A stretch of 64,000 nucleotides of DNA. Origin: Candidatus Moraniibacteriota bacterium. Its GTDB lineage: Bacteria; Patescibacteriota; Minisyncoccia; Moranbacterales; UBA2206. The stretch lies in contig JBAQNM010000005.1 of NCBI GenBank assembly GCA_049303795.1, forward strand, positions 35,228 to 99,227. The letters run 5' to 3'. The translations under genes and the position numbers were made by a program. The notes below the pieces were generated by a model. The model was not told the origin of the DNA and ran no database searches. It saw only the letters and a program-made list of their open reading frames with translations. Below, in pieces: positions 56,718 to 64,000 of this stretch (within the stretch, counting starts at the first letter, position 1; every line of letters starts with the position of its first letter).

Positions 56718-57986
56718 TTATAGCTTTAATATCTTCTCCAGTTTTTTCTCGTTCTTGTGCGGTCCAATAATCGCCAAATTGATTTTTTCCACACGAAAAA
56801 CATCTTTTGCTACCTCAAGAATATCATCAACTGTCACACTATCAATTCGCTTGAAAATTTCATTCTTCCTCAAAATCTCCCTCCTGGAAATTTCCTGACC
56901 GATAAAAAACATCGCCACCTCATCTGATGCCTCCATGCCCATTACCATTTTTCCTTTAATATATTCCTTGGCCTTGGAAAGCTCTTTTTCGCTCACTTTT
57001 TCTGTTGCAATTTTTGCATATTCTCCCAAAATAGTTTTAATTGCCAATTCCAAATTTTTATGCTCAACACCGGCCTGGGTTGCGATATAGCCACAATCAT
57101 CAAAAGCCTCGGTGCTTGTTCTGACATAATACGCCAGGCCTTTTCTTTCTCGCACTTCAATAAAAAGACGACTCGACATGTTACCACCCAAAATCACAGA
57201 AAGAAGTGATAAAATGAATCTTTTTTCACTAAATATGTCATAAGCACGCACGCCAAGCACTAGCTGTGTTTGATCAGTTTTTTTAAATTTTATTTTCACC
57301 GCCGGCGCTTTTTGCTTCTCTATTACTTTTTTAATTTTTGGCTTAGCCCCTTCCTGCATTTCGGCAAAATACTTTTTTATTTGAGAAGTTATTTTCTTGT
57401 CATCAAATTTTCCCGCCACACAAACTACGGTATCATTAGACAGATAGAATTTTTTCATATAAGCCAAAAAATCTTTGCGCTTAAAATTTGAAATGGTTTT
57501 TTTATAACCAATAATACTTCGCCCCAGATTATTTTCAGGGTAAAGCAACTCTTCGAAAACATCACCAACATTGCGCATTGGCATATCTTCATACATATTC
57601 AATTCCTGCAAGATTGTGCCTTTTTCTTTTCCAATCTCAATCTCCTCAATCTTAGAATTCAAATACATATCCGAAACAACATCCAAGGCAGTATCAATAT
57701 GTTTCGCATCAACCTTAACATAGTAACCAGTAACATCTTTCGAGGTAAAGGCGTTAAACTCGCCACCAATCGCATCCAATTCTTCAGAAATTGCCAAAGC
57801 CGTTGGGCGCTTTTTAGTACCTTTGAAAAACATATGCTCAATAAAATGGGACAGTCCGGCTTCTTTTTCACTTTCATAACGCGAACCAACACCAACCATT
57901 GCAACAACTGTTACTGTTTGCGTTTCTTGCATTGGCGCAGTAATAATTCGCAAATTATTTTTCAGAGTTATTTTTTTATAATTCAT
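56718..57986 (-). CDS. M16-family zinc peptidase (pitrilysin/insulinase-like)
   Basis: Inverted zinc motif HFIEHMFFKGT (HxxEH) plus downstream Glu. 422 aa. Confidence 0.8.
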   Translation of the reverse strand: MNYKKITLKNNLRIITAPMQETQTVTVVAMVGVGSRYESEKEAGLSHFIEHMFFKGTKKRPTALAISEELDAIGGEFNAFTSKDVTGYYVKVDAKHIDTALDVVSDMYLNSKIEEIEIGKEKGTILQELNMYEDMPMRNVGDVFEELLYPENNLGRSIIGYKKTISNFKRKDFLAYMKKFYLSNDTVVCVAGKFDDKKITSQIKKYFAEMQEGAKPKIKKVIEKQKAPAVKIKFKKTDQTQLVLGVRAYDIFSEKRFILSLLSVILGGNMSSRLFIEVRERKGLAYYVRTSTEAFDDCGYIATQAGVEHKNLELAIKTILGEYAKIATEKVSEKELSKAKEYIKGKMVMGMEASDEVAMFFIGQEISRREILRKNEIFKRIDSVTVDDILEVAKDVFRVEKINLAIIGPHKNEKKLEKILKL

Positions 57987-57990
57987 ATTT

Positions 57991-59388
57991 TTAATATTTT
58001 TCGATTAATTTTATAAGCAACCGCAGTGGAGTGCCGGCAGCACCCTTCGAAAGAAATTCATCATTAACCGCTGTCATCTTAGGCGCAATATCAATATGAA
58101 CCCACTCTTTGAAATTTTTAGAAAACTGATAGAGAAACATTGCTCCCATAGTCGCCCCACCCAAACGTGAATTTCCCTGACTTTTAATATTTGCCCAATC
58201 TCCATTAATCCCTTTTATATCAGCTTCATATTCATCCCAAAGTGGAAGTGGCCAAACATAATCACCACTAGCCTCTCCAGTCTCTCTGACAAGCTCAATC
58301 AATTTTTCATTTTTGGAAAAAATTGCCGATGCTCTTTCTCCTAAAGCAATCATTGATGCGCCCGTGAGCGTTGCGACGTCAACAACTAATCGAGGATTAT
58401 ATCTCTCAGCATAAGTTAGGGCGTCTGCTAGAATTATTCGGCCTTCCGCATCAGTATTGAGCACCTCAATTGTCTTTCCCGACATTGATTTCAAAACATC
58501 TCCCGGTCGATAGCTCTCTCCAGAAAGTGAATTCTCAGCCGCCGGAATGATTCCAATAAGTCTTTTTTTGAGTCCTAGTTTTGCTGCTGTTATGACAGCA
58601 TAAGCAACAGCTGCTCCACCCGACATATCCATGTGCATATCAGACATAGAATTATCAGGCTTCAAATTGAGACCACCAGTATCAAAAGTTATCGCCTTAC
58701 CAACAAGCACGATCGGATTTTCTTCTTGTTTTCCGACATATTCCAAAATGATAAACTTCGGTTTTTCCAATGAACCTTTCGCCACACCAAGAATTGCTCC
58801 CATTCCGAGTTTTTTCATCTCTGGCTCATCTAAAACTTTAATTTTTATTTTTGTGCCCTTGATTGCTTGTTTAATATCTTTAGCCAAAAGATTAGGTGTC
58901 ATATCTCCTCCTGGAGTATTAACCAGCTCTCTCAAAGCATTAGTCTCCTCTCCAATCAATTGTCCTTTCTTAATTGAAGCAGAAAGATTATTATCTTTTC
59001 CAGAAAAAATAATTCTAATTTCTTCAATAAACTTCCAGCCTTCCTCCGGTTTAGTTTTATATTTCACAAACTCATAATTGGCCATTTCAAAATTTACCGC
59101 TAAAATTTCTCCGATTTCCGATTCACTCAAATTAGCTTTTAAATCTAGGATATCCTTGAAATTTAATGCAATTTTTTTGATACTATTTTTCTTGGCAAAA
59201 AAAACGATCTGTCGTGCCAAAATGACTAGCTGTCTTCGAGAAATTTTTTCCTTAACTTGCAATTTTATTTCCAAAATTTCTTCTCCATTTTTTCCAACCA
59301 CAAAGCGACTTTCGGAAATTTTTTGATTAAACTTTATCTGAACAAAACCATTGTTAATCCGATCGTTTTTCGTTATTAGCATTTTCAT
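57991..59388 (-). CDS. pepA: Leucyl aminopeptidase (M17)
   Basis: NTDAEGRIILADAL signature and conserved metal ligands (DTGG, D..E). 465 aa. Confidence 0.9.
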   Translation of the reverse strand: MKMLITKNDRINNGFVQIKFNQKISESRFVVGKNGEEILEIKLQVKEKISRRQLVILARQIVFFAKKNSIKKIALNFKDILDLKANLSESEIGEILAVNFEMANYEFVKYKTKPEEGWKFIEEIRIIFSGKDNNLSASIKKGQLIGEETNALRELVNTPGGDMTPNLLAKDIKQAIKGTKIKIKVLDEPEMKKLGMGAILGVAKGSLEKPKFIILEYVGKQEENPIVLVGKAITFDTGGLNLKPDNSMSDMHMDMSGGAAVAYAVITAAKLGLKKRLIGIIPAAENSLSGESYRPGDVLKSMSGKTIEVLNTDAEGRIILADALTYAERYNPRLVVDVATLTGASMIALGERASAIFSKNEKLIELVRETGEASGDYVWPLPLWDEYEADIKGINGDWANIKSQGNSRLGGATMGAMFLYQFSKNFKEWVHIDIAPKMTAVNDEFLSKGAAGTPLRLLIKLIEKY

Positions 59389-59507
59389 AATAAAAAATTA
59401 TTTACTTAAAACTAGCTTGATTATACCTCATGCTAACACAAATACTATAGCTTTTCAAGCTTTAATTTCATATGGCTTAGTAATAAAAATAATGCTAAAA
59501 TACTGAT

Positions 59508-60188
59508 ATGAAAAAAATAATCCTAGCGACAACACTCATCCTAGTTTTGATATTGATTTTTGTATTTTCAATAATCATAAATTTTAAAAATGAGACGAAA
59601 AGTAATCCCGCAATTCCGCAAGAGAAAGAGCAGGAAAGTCTCGATCAAAACACTAAGGAAGAAAAAACAAATATTCCCGTAGTCATAAACATCCCACTTG
59701 ATAATGCACTAGCAAGAATCACTAAAAAACCTTTCGGCATAAAAGTCAGCCCAAGCAATTCCCCGGTAACACCTGAAAAATTTTCCGGCTTCCACACTGG
59801 AACAGATTTTGAAATATTTGAAAGTGAAAAAGAGCAAGACGTCCAAGTGAGAGCTATTTGTGATGGAGAAATCATTCAAAAAACTTCTGTTGGTGGGTAT
59901 GGAGGAGTAATCATTCAAAAGTGCCAACATGAAAACAATTCCGTTCTAGTTCTTTATGGCCACATTCTGCTTGATTCTTCCACGCAAGAAAAAGAAGTTA
60001 AGAAAGGAGATTTCCTAGCACTATTATCCCCTGCCAACAGCCCACAGTCAGGATATGAACGGAAACATCTTCACTTGGGAATAATCAAAGGAGAAAAAAT
60101 AGACTATCACGGTTATGTTCAAACAGAAAAAGAGCTTTCTAATTGGATTGATTCGGAAATAATTTTGCAAAAAGAATTACGTAATTAA
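59508..60188 (+). CDS. M23-family (LytM-like) peptidase with N-terminal membrane anchor
   Basis: N-terminal TM. HTGTDFEI (HxxxD) and KHLHLGI (HxH) zinc motifs. Confidence 0.75.
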   Translation: MKKIILATTLILVLILIFVFSIIINFKNETKSNPAIPQEKEQESLDQNTKEEKTNIPVVINIPLDNALARITKKPFGIKVSPSNSPVTPEKFSGFHTGTDFEIFESEKEQDVQVRAICDGEIIQKTSVGGYGGVIIQKCQHENNSVLVLYGHILLDSSTQEKEVKKGDFLALLSPANSPQSGYERKHLHLGIIKGEKIDYHGYVQTEKELSNWIDSEIILQKELRN

Positions 60189-60224
60189 TTACGTAATTCT
60201 TTTTTCGTCTTACTTAGGCAATTA

Positions 60225-61601
60225 CTATTTCAGTTTTTCCTCAAAATACTTTGATAGTTCCAAAATAGCAATTCTTTCTTGTGTCATTGTGTCGCGGTCA
60301 CGCACTGTGACAGCTTGATCATCGAGCGTTTCAAAGTCAACTGTCACGCAATATGGCGTCCCAATCTCGTCTTGCCTGCGATAACGTTTACCAACATTAC
60401 CGTTATCATCAAATTCGCACATAAAATTCTCGCTTAGATTTCCAAAAATTTCCTTGGCTTTTAATACTAACTCCGGTTTATTTTTCATCAAAGGAAAAAT
60501 AGCCACTTTGATTGGCGCAACTGCATTGGGAAATTTCATCACGACCCTCTCTTCTCCGCCCTCTAATTTTTCTTCGGAATAACCAGCACAAATAGCCGTC
60601 AAAATTAACCTATCTAGACCAACCGTTGGCTCCAGGACATGCGGAGTATATCTCTTGTTATTTACGGGATCAAAATAATCCAGCTTTTGTCCGGAAAACT
60701 TGGAATGTTGCGTTAAATCAAAATCGCCTCGATGCGCCAAACCAAATAACTCCCCAAATCCGAATGGAAAGTTATACTCAACATCAATTGTTTTCTTGGA
60801 ATAATGTGAAAGTTTGGCTTTTGGATGTTCATAGCGTTGCAAATCTTCCTTCTTCGCTCCAAGAGACAGTGCAAATTCTTCTTGTTCATCCAACCATTTA
60901 TTAAATAAAGGTTCCCAATCGGTTTCCGGTTCAATAAAATATTCGATTTCCATTTGTTCGAACTCGCGAATGCGAAAAATAAAATTGCGCGCTACAATTT
61001 CATTGCGAAAAGCTTTTCCGATTTGCGCAATTCCAAAAGGAATTTTCACCCGCATTGAATCAATAACATTCTTATAATCTGAAAAAATTGCACCGGCCGT
61101 TTCCGGTCGTAAATAGATTGGACCATCCACGCTATTCATCTCAGTTTGAAACATTTGACTCATATTTCTAACTTCTGTCCAATCAGACTTTCCACATTCA
61201 GGGCATTTGAGTCCTGCTTGCAAAGTCTTGGTCATTTTTTCCAATTCCCCTTCCATATCTTCTCCAGTCAATTCCTTCACGACATGATCAGCTCTAAATC
61301 TTTTTTTGCATTTCTTACAGTCCACTGAAGCATCATTAAAGCCTCCAATATGACCTGAGGCTTCCCAAAGTTTTGAATTAAGTAGGATTGGACCATCCAT
61401 ACCAACAATATCTGGCCGCTTTTGGACAAACTTCTTCCACCACATTTTCTTAATGTTATTTTTCAGCTCTGTACCATAAGGACCATAGCTATAGGAGTTA
61501 GCCAGACCACCATAAATTTCCGACGTCGGAAAAATAAAACCCTTTCTCTTGCAAAATGATACAATTTTCTCCATTTTTGATTGCTCTTTTTCTTGTGACA
61601 T
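60225..61601 (-). CDS. glyQS: Glycyl-tRNA synthetase, alpha2 dimeric type
   Basis: N-terminal IVSFCKRKGFIFPTSEIYGGLANSYSYGPYG. Class II motifs. C-terminal anticodon-binding domain. 458 aa. Confidence 0.9.
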   Translation of the reverse strand: MSQEKEQSKMEKIVSFCKRKGFIFPTSEIYGGLANSYSYGPYGTELKNNIKKMWWKKFVQKRPDIVGMDGPILLNSKLWEASGHIGGFNDASVDCKKCKKRFRADHVVKELTGEDMEGELEKMTKTLQAGLKCPECGKSDWTEVRNMSQMFQTEMNSVDGPIYLRPETAGAIFSDYKNVIDSMRVKIPFGIAQIGKAFRNEIVARNFIFRIREFEQMEIEYFIEPETDWEPLFNKWLDEQEEFALSLGAKKEDLQRYEHPKAKLSHYSKKTIDVEYNFPFGFGELFGLAHRGDFDLTQHSKFSGQKLDYFDPVNNKRYTPHVLEPTVGLDRLILTAICAGYSEEKLEGGEERVVMKFPNAVAPIKVAIFPLMKNKPELVLKAKEIFGNLSENFMCEFDDNGNVGKRYRRQDEIGTPYCVTVDFETLDDQAVTVRDRDTMTQERIAILELSKYFEEKLK

Positions 61602-61634
61602 AATATTATTTTTATAAGACTAATTAACTATAAT

Positions 61635-64000
61635 TTACCTTTGTAATAAAAATTTCATTTCTCTGTTGAAATTTATAATCTCTTGCTGAATTACGTTGAT
61701 GATCATCTTGTCACTACTGCCTTGAATGTTATATCTTCCTTCTCTGGTTAACATTCCCCTGTCCAGATTATCAAAAATCGTTCTCCTTGGCGCATCTAAA
61801 TCACTTTCATTATATTCCGTCCCATTTTCATTCACAACATTAGTACTATCAAAAACTGATTTAGCATTTACTGAATCAGCTAGGTTTCCTGTTGGTGGTT
61901 TCAGATATAGATTGTGAATTTTAGTAAAAATATTAACCAACTCTGGATTTATTTGTTCATAAAAACTTTCGGGTTTAATCCTGATTTCTCCCATATATTT
62001 TTGGATAGAATCATATTCAAGTCCATAGCTTTTTATCACACTGCTAAATCTTTTTTGGTTCTGTCTTTTATCCTGTTGTTCTTCAGAATCTTCTGTGATA
62101 GTTTCATTTTCAATAAAATTATCATTATGATCTTTGGCCTCGCTCAATATTTTCTTTTGCATTTTTACAAAATTATATATCATTTCCCAAATTTTTTGAT
62201 CCTTAATTTCTGATCTCACTAATTCACGACTATTGCAGAAAGTTTTGAAAACTTCAATATTCTCAAGTTCATCTGATAAAAATTCCAATTCAATCATTTC
62301 TGGAGTGATCGCAGTATATTTATCCAAAGCTTGTTTTGCCATATTTAAATTAAAAATAGACACTACACATCTCTCAAATGGCTCCGCCCTGTCAATCGAA
62401 AGAGAACGAAATTCCGTAACTTCCGTTTTTTCAGTAAAAACTTTGTCACAATCATTTCCCTTTGCCCTGATATTTGATTGCCTGTTAATTTGACTCACTA
62501 ACTTTCCAGCATTTATTCCTCCCAAGTCAGCCGCCACAATAACATTCTGGATAAAATCAGCATAAGCATCTTTTTTGATGCCATACTCCCCTCCTAAAGA
62601 AATATGAAAACTTCTAGAGCCTCTCTCGTAATCAGTATCTGAAAATGTATGTTCAAAATTCAAATCTACAAAATCCAAATCATTCAAAAGTTTCATCTCT
62701 AAAAGCACCAAATATGGATTGTCGGTTGGCCTTGTCGCAATTTCATGAATAGCATCATTTCCCTTAGCGATTCCGCTGTAACAAGATAATATCTCAATAT
62801 CTTTCTTATAGTCGCTCGCTGTTCTTTTTTTATAGCCTTCAGCAATTGATGTAGTCACCTCATATTCCATACCGATAGAAGTTCGAAGTCCCTCTGGAAT
62901 ATTTTCCTTTCTATATAAATCAATAACTGAATTATATTTATTCAATTTCTCATAAACACTCTCTAAAATTGCTTTGATATTATTTTCTGTCTTGGCATAA
63001 TAAGCTGTGTTAATTTCTCTGGCAATTAACAATGTTAAAATTGTTTTACCTTTTTCGCTGATTTCGTTTTCGTTGACAAAATTTTTAAATGTTTCTCCGA
63101 TCGGCACTTCGCTGTCAACCAATTGATCCAGCATTTCAAAATTACCCTTACTGATTACCAAAGAAAATATCTCGCCCAATTGCAATACAGTGCTTCTCTC
63201 GCTTTCCCTGGTTATTCGATCAACTGAAGTAGCATAAAATTCACTTAATTTTTCACTATTTTCCGTTCCACTTAAAATCGCCAAAGCTATGTTGGTTCCA
63301 AACTTTTTAAATGTTTGAACGATGTCTTTATTAAGATACGAAAAACGTTTTTCATCTTCTTGGAACCATTCTTTCGTCCATGGGATTGGCTCAGTTATGA
63401 GACCACGATCTTTTTCAATTTCAATAAGCGCTTCGTTTTCTCCCAAGTAATCACAAAAATTTTCTTTATTAATTGGAAGGCCTTCTATATTTTTCACGTC
63501 CACCAATCCTGCCTCCAAACAAATCTTGAAAGTTGAAAGATACAAAGCTCTTTCACCTGAATCAATAATAATTCGCTCTAAATTACCTATAAAAAAATTA
63601 TGATCAATTGCGCTATCTATAATCTTGCCTAATTGTAATATCTGCTCACCATTGATTTTTCCTATACAAGACAATTTATCATATCTATAAATATTATTTA
63701 TTCCGCTAAATTTTCCAGAAAAAATTCCTACCTGTTTTGCCTTGAAAAATGTCTCCTGATCATTAAACCAACCCATAATTGATTTATTTTCCTCATTTTC
63801 TGCACCCCCGCAATGCGAATTAATCGCCAACTGCAACATATCCAAATTTTCATTAACTAATAAAAATTGTAAAAAACTTTCATTTTTAAGTATATATTCA
63901 ATTGTTTCATATTTATAAAGATTCGATTCACGCCAACCAGTTAGTAGTCCCATTTCTTTTGCTTTGGAAAAAGTTTCCGGATCATCAGACCAAGCCAACG
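61635..64000 (-). CDS. Large hypothetical protein (at least 788 aa), N-terminally partial at the window edge, with N-terminal W.DDPETF.KAK repeats
   Basis: ORF open to the window end. The track start is a TTG at 63998, so the true start is probably outside the window. Repeats MAWSDDPETFSKAKEMGLLTG and MGWFNDQETFFKAKQVGIFSG. No catalytic motif recognised. Confidence 0.6.
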   Translation of the reverse strand, partial: LAWSDDPETFSKAKEMGLLTGWRESNLYKYETIEYILKNESFLQFLLVNENLDMLQLAINSHCGGAENEENKSIMGWFNDQETFFKAKQVGIFSGKFSGINNIYRYDKLSCIGKINGEQILQLGKIIDSAIDHNFFIGNLERIIIDSGERALYLSTFKICLEAGLVDVKNIEGLPINKENFCDYLGENEALIEIEKDRGLITEPIPWTKEWFQEDEKRFSYLNKDIVQTFKKFGTNIALAILSGTENSEKLSEFYATSVDRITRESERSTVLQLGEIFSLVISKGNFEMLDQLVDSEVPIGETFKNFVNENEISEKGKTILTLLIAREINTAYYAKTENNIKAILESVYEKLNKYNSVIDLYRKENIPEGLRTSIGMEYEVTTSIAEGYKKRTASDYKKDIEILSCYSGIAKGNDAIHEIATRPTDNPYLVLLEMKLLNDLDFVDLNFEHTFSDTDYERGSRSFHISLGGEYGIKKDAYADFIQNVIVAADLGGINAGKLVSQINRQSNIRAKGNDCDKVFTEKTEVTEFRSLSIDRAEPFERCVVSIFNLNMAKQALDKYTAITPEMIELEFLSDELENIEVFKTFCNSRELVRSEIKDQKIWEMIYNFVKMQKKILSEAKDHNDNFIENETITEDSEEQQDKRQNQKRFSSVIKSYGLEYDSIQKYMGEIRIKPESFYEQINPELVNIFTKIHNLYLKPPTGNLADSVNAKSVFDSTNVVNENGTEYNESDLDAPRRTIFDNLDRGMLTREGRYNIQGSSDKMIINVIQQEIINFNREMKFLLQR

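Overview
A 64-kb window of a low-GC (about 32-33% by eye) bacterial chromosome read with the standard genetic code, since TGA, TAG and TAA all end long ORFs (for example dus ends in TGA at 16079-16081). Small compact genes, many conserved hypotheticals, short or absent 5' leaders and frequent TTG starts suggest a Patescibacteria/CPR-like genome, but this is inference. Most of the window is housekeeping: mnmA, dprA, topA, a short rel, cysS, dus, dnaB, recR, rplU, a complete F1Fo ATP synthase operon (atpI/Z-B-E-F-H-A-G-D-C on the minus strand), tatD, metG, rsmI, M16/M17/M23 peptidases and glyQS. A cell-surface glycan cluster (two GT4 glycosyltransferases, two SAM methyltransferases, an O-antigen-ligase-like polytopic protein, a Wzz-like co-polymerase) spans about 20.5-32.4 kb.

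Features worth a second look:
1. Energy-converting-hydrogenase-related (Ehr-like) operon, 40.0-48.3 kb. It encodes a NuoB-like subunit, two antiporter-like subunits, a HycD-like fusion and a fused NuoC/NuoD HycE-like large subunit. Three of four [NiFe] cysteines and three of four Fe-S cysteines are replaced. The operon ends in a tandem-duplicated beta-carbonic-anhydrase-like gene with one degenerate half, and a second, F1-less Fo module (AtpZ-like, a, c, b) sits immediately upstream. The second c subunit looks H+-type, while the canonical operon's c subunit carries a two-carboxylate Na+-type motif.
2. GC-rich island, about 27.1-30.35 kb (roughly 47% versus 32% GC). It carries three secreted or envelope proteins (a small signal-peptide protein, a LysM protein, a lipoprotein) and is bounded by a 17-bp perfect inverted repeat.
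3. Self-contained small-gene unit in the atpG-atpD gap: a sigma70-like promoter, AGGAG RBS, a 54-aa ORF and a 12-bp-stem terminator, antisense to the atp operon. Beside it is a MITE-like element with 16-bp terminal inverted repeats and TATTG flanking repeats, abutting the atpG stop codon.
4. Divergent from dprA, an operon encoding a sigma70-region-4 plus HARE-HTH-like regulator, a membrane protein and a TraD/VirD4/HerA-like P-loop ATPase with a C-terminal zinc ribbon.

No rRNA, tRNA or CRISPR array was found.
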